DNA from: Bdellovibrionales bacterium
Lineage (GTDB): Bacteria > Bdellovibrionota > Bdellovibrionia > Bdellovibrionales > UBA1609
Length of the DNA: 64,000 bases
Assembly: GCA_019637855.1 (NCBI GenBank)
Contig: JAHBUX010000003.1
Location: 133,431 to 197,430 of the forward strand
Direction: 5' to 3'
Below the pieces are notes generated by a model. It did no database searches. It saw nothing but the letters and a program-made list of their open reading frames with translations, and was not told the origin of the DNA. The position numbers and the translations under genes are program-made. This document shows, piece by piece, positions 10,889-19,041 of the stretch (positions within the stretch are counted from its first letter, which is position 1; each line of letters opens with the position of its first letter).

Positions 10889-12301
10889 CTACTCGCCTAG
10901 TTGCTGCAGCAGCTTTTGATAAATGCCGTCGAAACCACCGTTGCTCATAATCAAAATAACGTCGCCTGACTTGGCCGTCTTTGACAACTGCGACAAGAGT
11001 CCAGGCACATCGGGCGCCGTTTCGGCGACTTTGCCTTTGCCACGCAGCTCGGAAATCAATTGATCGGTGGAGAATCGGTCGCCGGCATCGATCTTCGACT
11101 GGTCAAAGGGCTGGGCGATAAACACCACATCCGCCTGCGCGAAAGCTTTGGCGTACTCGTCTTGAAACACTTTACGACGTGAAGTGGCCGAGCGCGGTTC
11201 AAACACACCGATCACGCGGCGACCGGGATAACGCTCATGCATGCAGCGAAGGGTGAGATCCACCGCTGTCGGGTGATGGGCGAAATCCTCGAACACCGTG
11301 ATGCCCTTGATATCACCCAAGTGCTCTTGCCGGCGCTTCACGCCTTTGAAATCCGCAAAGGCCTGCAAGATCTTGCTGTGCGGCCAGTTCAGCGCATCGG
11401 CCAAGGCGAACACAGCCAGAGCGTTGAGCGAATTATGCTCACCAAAAATCTTAAGCGCCAGATCGGCGACGCGCGTTTGACCTTTAAGCACGGTGAACTG
11501 ATTGCGCCCCTGCATCACCTCACGCTCAGTCATGCGGTAGTCGCCGTTTTTCGACCCATAGCCAATTTGCCGTTTGGCTTTGCAAAACGGCAACAGGCTG
11601 ACGATGTTCTCATCGTCGGCGTGATACACCAACGTGCCATCCTCGGGAATCAGCTGCAGCAACTGTTTAAACGCCGACTTTACGTGTTCGAGATCTTTGT
11701 AAATGTCGGCGTGATCGAATTCCACCGAAGTCAAAATCACGTGCTTAGGGCGATAGTGAATAAACTTAGGAACTTTATCAAAGAAAGCCGTGTCGTACTC
11801 GTCGCCCTCGATCACAAAGGCGTTGCCTTGCGGAGCGCGGAAAGACTGGCCGTAGTTCAGCGGAATCCCGCCAATCAAAAAGCCCGCCCGCAAACCCACG
11901 CTGTCGGTGATCCACGCCATTAAGGACGTGGTGGTGGTCTTGCCGTGGGTGCCGGCGATCACAAAGCTCTCGCGCGTGCCGATGGCGTACTCACCCATGG
12001 CTTTCGGCAGGCTGGTGTAAGCGATATCGCTGGCGAGCAAAGCCTCCACTTCCGGATTGCTGCGCGAAACCACATTGCCGACGATCACCAAATCTGGACG
12101 CGGGTTCAAATTCTCTTTCTTGAATCCCAATTGAATGGGAATGCCCAGCTTTTCGAGCTGGGTGGACATCGGCGGGTACACGTTTTGATCGCTTCCCGTC
12201 ACTTTGTAACCTAGGTCTTTAAGAATTCCGGCCAGTGAGGCCATCGCTGTTCCGCAGATACCGATCAGGTGAATATGGGCGCCTTGCTTCAATGTGCTCA
12301 T
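10889..12301 (-). CDS. mpl: UDP-N-acetylmuramate:L-alanyl-gamma-D-glutamyl-meso-diaminopimelate ligase (murein peptide ligase Mpl)
   Basis: 470 aa. Mur-ligase motifs are HLIGICGTAMASLAG and GTHGKTTTTS. Length and N-terminus fit Mpl rather than MurC. It sits next to ampD and ldcA. Confidence 0.88.
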   Translation of the reverse strand: MSTLKQGAHIHLIGICGTAMASLAGILKDLGYKVTGSDQNVYPPMSTQLEKLGIPIQLGFKKENLNPRPDLVIVGNVVSRSNPEVEALLASDIAYTSLPKAMGEYAIGTRESFVIAGTHGKTTTTSLMAWITDSVGLRAGFLIGGIPLNYGQSFRAPQGNAFVIEGDEYDTAFFDKVPKFIHYRPKHVILTSVEFDHADIYKDLEHVKSAFKQLLQLIPEDGTLVYHADDENIVSLLPFCKAKRQIGYGSKNGDYRMTEREVMQGRNQFTVLKGQTRVADLALKIFGEHNSLNALAVFALADALNWPHSKILQAFADFKGVKRRQEHLGDIKGITVFEDFAHHPTAVDLTLRCMHERYPGRRVIGVFEPRSATSRRKVFQDEYAKAFAQADVVFIAQPFDQSKIDAGDRFSTDQLISELRGKGKVAETAPDVPGLLSQLSKTAKSGDVILIMSNGGFDGIYQKLLQQLGE

Positions 12302-12363
12302 GAGGTCAATCTTAAGGCTTCAGTGCGCTTGAGGGCAACCGGCAAAACTGTCATACTTTTCTC

Positions 12364-13017
12364 ATGCAAGTGTCTAATCGTTATAGCAGCCCTAATTTTT
12401 CGCCGGACCTCATTCCCGTCGAGTTTGTGGTGCTTCATTACACGGCCGCCGACCTGCGCCGCACGATGGATATCTTTGGCGACCCTGCTCGCAAAGTCTG
12501 TGCGCACTTTGTTTTGGATACGGACGGCACGGTGTATGACCTAGGCGGTTTTTTAACAGGACCAGTAAAGAAAGGCGCTCACGCCGGAGAGAGCTTTTTG
12601 ACCATCGATGGTACACAGCACACGGCACTCAATGCCAATTCCATTGGCATCGAGATCGTCAACTTGAACGGCAACTTGTTTCCTTACACCGACGCACAAT
12701 ATGCGGCTTTAGAAGAGCTGCTCAAAGCTCTAGTGCAACGCTTTGCGATTCTCAAACAACCCAGCCGTATCATCGGGCATGAGCAGATTGCCGGTCACCG
12801 CGGTAAGTGTGATCCGGGCGTGCAATTTCAATGGGAGCGCGTGCTACTTCCGCTCGGTATTCCCCTGCACGCCAATCACCGGCACACGGTGTTTAACGAG
12901 GACGATCTCAAATTCGCGCAAGATTTAATGCGTAACGAACCTCAGCGCGATGAGCACTTTTGGTCCAAGCTGTCGGCAGGTCTTGAGCAAAGAATTAAAG
13001 CTCGCCAACAGGGCTAA
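12364..13017 (+). CDS. ampD: N-acetylmuramoyl-L-alanine amidase, AmpD-like (amidase_2)
   Basis: 217 aa and cytoplasmic (no signal peptide). Carries amidase_2 motifs (VEFVVLHYTA, AHF, NSIGIEIVN, GHEQIA...KCDPG). Confidence 0.85.
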   Translation: MQVSNRYSSPNFSPDLIPVEFVVLHYTAADLRRTMDIFGDPARKVCAHFVLDTDGTVYDLGGFLTGPVKKGAHAGESFLTIDGTQHTALNANSIGIEIVNLNGNLFPYTDAQYAALEELLKALVQRFAILKQPSRIIGHEQIAGHRGKCDPGVQFQWERVLLPLGIPLHANHRHTVFNEDDLKFAQDLMRNEPQRDEHFWSKLSAGLEQRIKARQQG

Positions 13018-13933
13018 TACCTGACTCCACGACCAGCTCAGGCTTACGTCCCATACGCAGCACCGAAGGCGTATAAAACGGCAGCGGAAACTGCTGTTTT
13101 GAATTGTGGCCCACTTTGAGGCCGGCCAAAACCGGCAAGCGTTGGGCCTCGGCAAAGCGCGGGATGACATCGCTCCACAACTGACGGCGGTCCTTCGGGT
13201 CACTCAACAGGAAATGACCGAACACCACGGCCCGCGCGTTTTTAAACCAGCCCGCTTGTTCGAATTGGGTCAACATGCGATCCACCCGATGCGGGCGTTC
13301 GCCTGTGTCTTCAAAGAAGAGGATATGACCTTTGCTTTTGAGCTGCGAAGGGGTGCCTAGTGAGGATTGCAGAACCGCCATATTGCCGCCAAGAATGCGA
13401 CCGCGAATCGTCCTCTCGACATGGGCGGCGCGGTTGAGCGCTTTTAGATTTTTAAACTGCGTGTGCGTGTTCCGGCCAAAGAGCAGGCTCAAGAGTTCGC
13501 GCCGCTCGCCGGCCGACATCGCTCCCCGCCCCAAACGATCGAGCAGTGGGCCGTGCAAGGTCGGCCACTTCCATTCTTGATTCAAAAAGCTGTGCAAAGT
13601 GGTGATATCGCTATAACCGAGCACGATCTTCGCGTGCTTCGGGCGCGACATCTTGTGCAAGGCGGGCAACAGTCTTAGCGAGCCATAGCCGCCACGCACA
13701 CACCAGATCATTTTGCTATCGGGAGCCTTAAGTGCCGCTTGCAACTGGCGCAGTCGGACGGCATCTGAATTGGCGAACAACAGCGAAGGCGCAAATAGGT
13801 TTTTCGGCACACGCGGCACTAAACCCAGCGCTCTTAGCGCCTTTAGTCCGTTCCGCAATTCGAGATTCGAACAACGACTTGCCGGCGCCACAATATCGAC
13901 GATATCGCCTTCTTGTAAGGGCTGTAAAAACAT
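12995..13933 (-). CDS. ldcA: LD-carboxypeptidase (muramoyltetrapeptide carboxypeptidase, peptidase S66)
   Basis: S66 motifs: IVAPAS, GGYGS, nucleophile motif GYSDIT, FEDTGE, and GH near the C-terminus. The longest ORF reaches 13990. ATG at 13933 (MFLQPLQEGD) has a GAGGGGAG SD and gives the usual length. The 3' end overlaps convergent ampD by 23 nt. Confidence 0.85.
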   Translation of the reverse strand: MFLQPLQEGDIVDIVAPASRCSNLELRNGLKALRALGLVPRVPKNLFAPSLLFANSDAVRLRQLQAALKAPDSKMIWCVRGGYGSLRLLPALHKMSRPKHAKIVLGYSDITTLHSFLNQEWKWPTLHGPLLDRLGRGAMSAGERRELLSLLFGRNTHTQFKNLKALNRAAHVERTIRGRILGGNMAVLQSSLGTPSQLKSKGHILFFEDTGERPHRVDRMLTQFEQAGWFKNARAVVFGHFLLSDPKDRRQLWSDVIPRFAEAQRLPVLAGLKVGHNSKQQFPLPFYTPSVLRMGRKPELVVESGISPVGEL

Positions 13934-14037
13934 GGCTCCCCTCGAGCAGTTTCGTTTTGCAACCACGTCCGGTGTCGCTTCGCATTCCAAAAAGGAAACT
14001 GGTACCTTTACGATACGCGCCTTGTTAAACCGTGTCT

Positions 14038-14643
14038 ATGGACAAGCTGATTTGTGTTGGCAAAAACTATTTGAAGCATGCGCAGGAGTTGGGCGATGCG
14101 GTTCCGGAAGAGCCGCTGTATTTTTTGAAACCGCCCAGCACACTGTTTGAAATGAAAGACGACTATGCGGAGGTGGAATGGCCCGAGCATGGTGGTGAGT
14201 TGCACCATGAGTTGGAGTTGGTTTTGCGGCTTAGCCAACATGGTTCGCAGTTTTATTTTACGCATTACACTTTTGGTTTGGATATGACCTTACGGGATTT
14301 GCAGGGGCGCTTGAAGAAGGCCGGCCAACCCTGGGAAAAGGCCAAGACATTTCAAAACGCTTGCGTTGTCGGCCCCTGGCGCCCGCTTTCCAATTTGGAG
14401 ATTGTTTTGGATATCCCCTTCGCCTTGGCAGTGGATGGAATTGCCCGCCAGACTGGTCACGGCCGCGATATGCGCTGGAAGCCTGATGAGCTTTTGAAAG
14501 ACGTGGCGCGCTGGTTCCCCTTACGGGACGGTGATCTTCTTTTTACCGGCACGCCCGAAGGAGTCGGCCCGGTGAAGAACGGCGAAATCTTAGAGATCCG
14601 CGGCGGCGATATCCACTACAAGGTGAAGTGTCGGAGAGCATAG
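14038..14643 (+). CDS. Fumarylacetoacetate hydrolase (FAH) family protein
   Basis: About 200 aa. MDKLICVGKNYLKHAQELG, HELELVL and LFTGTPEGVGPV are typical FAH-family / COG0179 motifs. An alternative GTG start lies at 14032. Confidence 0.8.
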   Translation: MDKLICVGKNYLKHAQELGDAVPEEPLYFLKPPSTLFEMKDDYAEVEWPEHGGELHHELELVLRLSQHGSQFYFTHYTFGLDMTLRDLQGRLKKAGQPWEKAKTFQNACVVGPWRPLSNLEIVLDIPFALAVDGIARQTGHGRDMRWKPDELLKDVARWFPLRDGDLLFTGTPEGVGPVKNGEILEIRGGDIHYKVKCRRA

Positions 14644-14644
14644 T

Positions 14645-15901
14645 ATGGCAAAGAAAGTCATCATTGTCGGGGGTGGATTCGGCGGGATCAACGCCGCTAA
14701 GATTTTAGCCCGCGATGAAGACGTCGACGTGCTGGTTCTTGATCGCCGCAACCATCACTTATTTCAACCTCTGCTTTATCAAGTCGCCATGGCCGGCCTT
14801 AGCCCGGCTGAAATCGCTTTCCCCATTCGTAGCATCTTCCGCCGTTTCCCGCGCGTCGGCGTGTTGATGGCCGATGTGCGCGAAGTGCGACCGCAAGAAA
14901 ACAAGCTGATTACCGATCAGGGCGAATTCTCCTACGACTATTTGGTTTTGGCCTGCGGTTCGGAACACTCCTATTTCGGCCATAACGAATGGGAAGACTT
15001 CGCGCCGGGCTTGAAAACTCTGGAGCAAGCGACGGAAATCCGCCGTCGCGTTTTGGTGGCCTTTGAACGGGCCGAAGCGGAGCGCGACAAGTCCACGATC
15101 GCCCCGTGGCTGACCTTTGTGATCGTCGGGGGTGGCCCTACGGGAGTGGAGCTGGCCGGAGCCTTGGGCGAGATCACGCGCTTTACGTTGGCGCAAGATT
15201 TTCGCCATATCGACCCCAGTCATACGCGCGTGATTTTGATCGAGGCTGGCCCACGCATTCTCTCGGCTTTTCCGGATGAGTTGAGCGAGCGGGCGGAGCG
15301 CGACCTGCGCAGTCTCGGCGTTGAAACTGCGGTCAACACACGAGTGACTTCGGTGAATGCCGAAGGCGTGCGAACGGCTGATCGTTTTATTCCTGCCAAG
15401 ACGGTGATTTGGGCTGCTGGGGTTAAACCTTCGCCTTTAAATGCGCAGCTCGGTAGTGAACTCGACAAAGCGGGACGCGTGGTGGTCGATGCGAGCTTGG
15501 CACTGCCCCACTTCCCCAACATTTTCGTGGTGGGTGATCAAGCCCATGTCAAAGATGAGAGGGGCCAGCCACTCCCCGGACTGGCACCGATCGCGATGCA
15601 AGAAGGTCGTTTCGTCGGCCGCCAAATCCGCCGTGATATCGACGGCCGAGAGAGGGAAAAATTCAGTTACTGGGACAAAGGCACGATGGCCACGATCGGC
15701 CGTAAACGGGCCGTGGCCATGATCGGGCGGCTGCGGGTCAGCGGTTTTGTGGCCTGGCTGATGTGGCTGTTGATTCATATTTACTATCTGATCGGCTTTC
15801 GCAATCGAGCGTTGGTTTTATGGAATTGGACTTACTCTTACCTGACCTATCGCCGCGGAGCCCGGCTTATTACCGAGCGTGACTGGCATTTACACCAGTA
15901 G
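14645..15901 (+). CDS. ndh: Type II NADH dehydrogenase (NDH-2, FAD-dependent pyridine nucleotide-disulfide oxidoreductase)
   Basis: 418 aa. Contains KVIIVGGGFGGINAAK and a second dinucleotide motif VIVGGGPTGVELAG, plus a C-terminal amphipathic/hydrophobic tail. Starts 1 nt after the FAH stop. Confidence 0.9.
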   Translation: MAKKVIIVGGGFGGINAAKILARDEDVDVLVLDRRNHHLFQPLLYQVAMAGLSPAEIAFPIRSIFRRFPRVGVLMADVREVRPQENKLITDQGEFSYDYLVLACGSEHSYFGHNEWEDFAPGLKTLEQATEIRRRVLVAFERAEAERDKSTIAPWLTFVIVGGGPTGVELAGALGEITRFTLAQDFRHIDPSHTRVILIEAGPRILSAFPDELSERAERDLRSLGVETAVNTRVTSVNAEGVRTADRFIPAKTVIWAAGVKPSPLNAQLGSELDKAGRVVVDASLALPHFPNIFVVGDQAHVKDERGQPLPGLAPIAMQEGRFVGRQIRRDIDGREREKFSYWDKGTMATIGRKRAVAMIGRLRVSGFVAWLMWLLIHIYYLIGFRNRALVLWNWTYSYLTYRRGARLITERDWHLHQ

Positions 15902-15925
15902 CTGGCCCGAAGGGGCCAGCTACTG
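15896..15925 (+). terminator. Perfect 13-bp stem-loop spanning the ndh stop codon (terminator-like, no U-tract)
   Basis: CAGTAGCTGGCCC-GAAG-GGGCCAGCTACTG. The TAG stop (15899-15901) lies inside the 5' arm. The sequence after the hairpin is not T-rich. Confidence 0.45.
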
Positions 15926-15993
15926 CGTCTCATTGTGAAACAACTGTCTCTTGCCACTCGGTTCACATTCACGGCGCTGTTAGACTAAACCTC

Positions 15994-17541
15994 ATGCGTC
16001 CCCACATGATTTTTAGCGTCCTGGTGTCTCTTCTTTGTGTGACCTCACTACATGCCACTGAAGCTTACACATCCTCAGCCCCGCCGCCGCCTGCGGCCAA
16101 TGACAATTGGCCCTCGGCTCCCGAGCAAGGCGCGACGGGAATTCAGCCCAACAATGGCAGTGAATCCTTACTGCAGAGAACGCTGAGCGCCTGCCAAGAT
16201 GAGCTCGCCAATACTGCTCGCACTTGTAAGCCCAAAGCGGTGGGTAGCGGCGCCGGTCAAGACGTCAGCGGCTTGAGTGCGCACAAGATCGCCAAAGCTA
16301 ATTCTAAACTGATGGAAGGCATCGCCAACGAAGCCGAGGCGCAGATCAAAACCTGTCGGGAATCGGCGACCTCTTGCCATCGCCGATGCGGAGAGTTGCG
16401 CATTCAGTTTATCAGCGAGTGTACGGGCGAGAGCTGTCTGTCGGACTCCGCCCGCTTTGATCGCGAAATGCAATCTTGCTTTGCCCAGTACAGCCGGCAA
16501 AGACCCGTGCATCAAGCCAAGGATGAAGCCGATGAGGCGAGGAAGGAATCCGACACGATCGCCCAGCAAAGCGGCGATCAACAATCGACGCGACCTTCGA
16601 AGGGCGATGGTGAAATCACGGCCGGCGGCTCACGCGGCGGTGGTTTATACGATGGCTCCTATGGTGGCGGCTCAAGCGGCGGCGGAGATTCTCTCCCCGT
16701 CGGCAATGTTTCGACTATACCGGGGCAAAACAGCGCCAACGGGATGACTCCAGCCTCGACTTCAAACACGGGCAACAATGCGGGAGCAAATCAAGCACGC
16801 GCCCAAGGCGATGCAATGCCAGAGACCAGCACCAATCGTTGGGCTCAGTCGCAAGGTCTGCCTCAGGGAATGATGGGCCTTCCCTCCACGGGGATGAATA
16901 GCAACTTGGCGCATGCACAGCGACTTTACCAAGCTCTTACCGGTGGTGATGGCAAGAAGAGTGGGGCGACAAGTGCGACAAAGAGCACGGCCACACAGAC
17001 AGACTCTTCCTATGCTCCGACGGCGCGTGGACAGGGCGCTTTTGTCAACGGCTCAGCAGCCCGGGGACAAGTTGTTGGAAGCGGCAACACGGGCCTTCGT
17101 CGCGACAGCACCGGCGCATGGGTACAAGCGCCCATTGCCAACCGTGGAGCTCCGTCGGCGGGCGCTACCAACACTCCTGTTGCGCAGGTTCCAAACGAAG
17201 GATGGACGACGGCAGAGTCGCAAGCTCTAGGCACGCGGCGCGCACCGGCCTCGGCCGATACAAACTATGCTGAACTCAACGATCGCCTGCGGATGCAGCG
17301 CGGAGACACCCCGTCGGGGGCCGGAACGGGCGGTGCGATTCGCCCTGCGGGCAGCGCCGGCGCAAATATTCCCCTCTCCGAATACCTACCCAATGGCAGT
17401 CACTATCAGGGGGCGCGCGGTACAGCCGGCGCCAGTGCTCGCGCCAACGGCATTCAATCTCAGCACACGGATATCTGGGGATTGATCTCTAAACGCATGC
17501 GCTCCGCCTGCCTAGACGGCCGCCTGCGCGATTGTCGCTAA
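15994..17541 (+). CDS. Secreted hypothetical protein (Cys-rich helical N-domain + long G/A/S/T/N-rich low-complexity region)
   Basis: 515 aa. Signal peptide MIFSVLVSLLCVTSLHATEA. There are at least 9 Cys in aa ~65-165 (CQDEL...CKPK...CRESATSCHRRCGEL...ECTGESC...SC) and two more at the extreme C-terminus (ACLDGRLRDC). The middle is low complexity. No family recognised. Confidence 0.6.
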   Translation: MRPHMIFSVLVSLLCVTSLHATEAYTSSAPPPPAANDNWPSAPEQGATGIQPNNGSESLLQRTLSACQDELANTARTCKPKAVGSGAGQDVSGLSAHKIAKANSKLMEGIANEAEAQIKTCRESATSCHRRCGELRIQFISECTGESCLSDSARFDREMQSCFAQYSRQRPVHQAKDEADEARKESDTIAQQSGDQQSTRPSKGDGEITAGGSRGGGLYDGSYGGGSSGGGDSLPVGNVSTIPGQNSANGMTPASTSNTGNNAGANQARAQGDAMPETSTNRWAQSQGLPQGMMGLPSTGMNSNLAHAQRLYQALTGGDGKKSGATSATKSTATQTDSSYAPTARGQGAFVNGSAARGQVVGSGNTGLRRDSTGAWVQAPIANRGAPSAGATNTPVAQVPNEGWTTAESQALGTRRAPASADTNYAELNDRLRMQRGDTPSGAGTGGAIRPAGSAGANIPLSEYLPNGSHYQGARGTAGASARANGIQSQHTDIWGLISKRMRSACLDGRLRDCR

Positions 17542-17616
17542 AAACGGGTAGCTAAAGTCTCATGCGACTAGGACCGGCGACTTCACTTTCCAAAGCAGCG
17601 ACGGTCCATCTGAAAC

Positions 17617-19041
17617 CTATTGCGCCGCCAACGCGTCGGTGGGTGTTGGGTATTTGCCGTCAAAGCACGCGGCACAGAATTCCTTCTCATCACCACGTAC
17701 GGCTTGCATCATTCCCTGCGTGGTCAAGTAGGCCAAAGAGTCCGCATCGATGAATTCACGGATCTCATCCAGCGTGTGTTGCGCGGCGATCAGCTGCGAT
17801 TTGCCCGGCGTATCGACGCCATAATAACAAGGCCCCGTGGTGGGCGGCGAAGCGATACGAAAATGCACCTCTTTCGCGCCGGCCGAACGAATCAAACGAA
17901 TGATCTTCTGGCTCGTTGTTCCGCGCACCAAAGAATCGTCCACCACAACCACGCGCTTGCCCTTAAGCACTTCGCTCTGCGGATTGAGTTTAATCTTCAC
18001 GCCGAAACTGCGAATGCTCTGGCTAGGTTGAATAAACGTACGACCGATATAATGATTGCGAATGATCCCGAGCTCAAAAGGAATTCCACTCTCGCGTGAA
18101 TAACCGAGAGCCGCCGGCACGCCTGAGTCCGGAACAGGAACAACGATATCGGCATCAACCTTGTTCTCGCGCGCCAACATTTCACCCATGCGTTTGCGCG
18201 ATTCATACACGCTCAAACCAAACACTTGTGAATCCGGCCGTGCAAAGTACACATGCTCAAACACACACTTGGCCATGCGTTTGGTGTCACCGGGAATACG
18301 TTCGCGATGCTCGCCATTTTGGTCGAACCACACCAACTCACCCGGTTCAATCTCGCGCACCAGTTTGGCGCCGATCAAATCAAAGGCACAAGTCTCGGAA
18401 GCCACCACCCATGAGAAACTGCCGTCACCAAGAGGACGGCGGCCTAAAACAAGGGGACGAAATCCATAAGGATCGCGCGCCGCCACCAGACGGTCATCGG
18501 TCAACAACACCAAAGAATAAGCGCCCACCAATTTGGGCAAAGCCTCTTTCAAACAACCAACGATGTCATTGGACGGAATGCGCGCCAACATGTGCAGCAA
18601 GCACTCAGTGTCGTTGGTGCCCTGAAAGATAGCCCCTTGGGTCTTCAACTCCTCACGCAGATCATGCGCATTCACGATATTGCCATTGTGGGCGACCGCC
18701 ACCGGGCCATTGAGCAAATGGGCCGATAGCGGCTGGATATTGTACTGCAGACTTGCGCCCGTCGTGGAGTAGCGATTGTGACCAATGGCCGCCGCGCCTG
18801 AAAGACGATTCAGGTCAGACTCTTGAAACACGTCACCAACCAGGCCCATGCCTTTGTGGACGATATGCTGCTTATCGTGCAGCGAAACGATTCCCGAAGA
18901 CTCTTGGCCACGATGCTGTTGAGCATACAGGCCTAAGTACGTCATGCGTGCGGCTTCAGGATCACCCCAAACGCCGAACACCGCGCACTCTTCATGAAAG
19001 CCCGGGGAAATGTTTTCTCCATCCGCTTCTGTAAAGCTCAT
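17617..19041 (-). CDS. purF: Amidophosphoribosyltransferase PurF (Bacillus type, with propeptide and Fe-S cluster cysteines)
   Basis: 474 aa. The Ntn catalytic Cys sits in ECAVFGVWG, preceded by an 18-residue leader in the ATG-started ORF. PRTase motif is VVVVDDSLVRGTTS. C-terminal cluster ligands are FCAACFDGKYP. The start overlaps purL by 50 nt. Confidence 0.95.
   Translation of the reverse strand: MSFTEADGENISPGFHEECAVFGVWGDPEAARMTYLGLYAQQHRGQESSGIVSLHDKQHIVHKGMGLVGDVFQESDLNRLSGAAAIGHNRYSTTGASLQYNIQPLSAHLLNGPVAVAHNGNIVNAHDLREELKTQGAIFQGTNDTECLLHMLARIPSNDIVGCLKEALPKLVGAYSLVLLTDDRLVAARDPYGFRPLVLGRRPLGDGSFSWVVASETCAFDLIGAKLVREIEPGELVWFDQNGEHRERIPGDTKRMAKCVFEHVYFARPDSQVFGLSVYESRKRMGEMLARENKVDADIVVPVPDSGVPAALGYSRESGIPFELGIIRNHYIGRTFIQPSQSIRSFGVKIKLNPQSEVLKGKRVVVVDDSLVRGTTSQKIIRLIRSAGAKEVHFRIASPPTTGPCYYGVDTPGKSQLIAAQHTLDEIREFIDADSLAYLTTQGMMQAVRGDEKEFCAACFDGKYPTPTDALAAQ

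Noticed and set aside
11237-11923. 228-aa plus-strand ORF.
   Set aside because: It is antisense to mpl, which carries Mur-ligase motifs on the minus strand.
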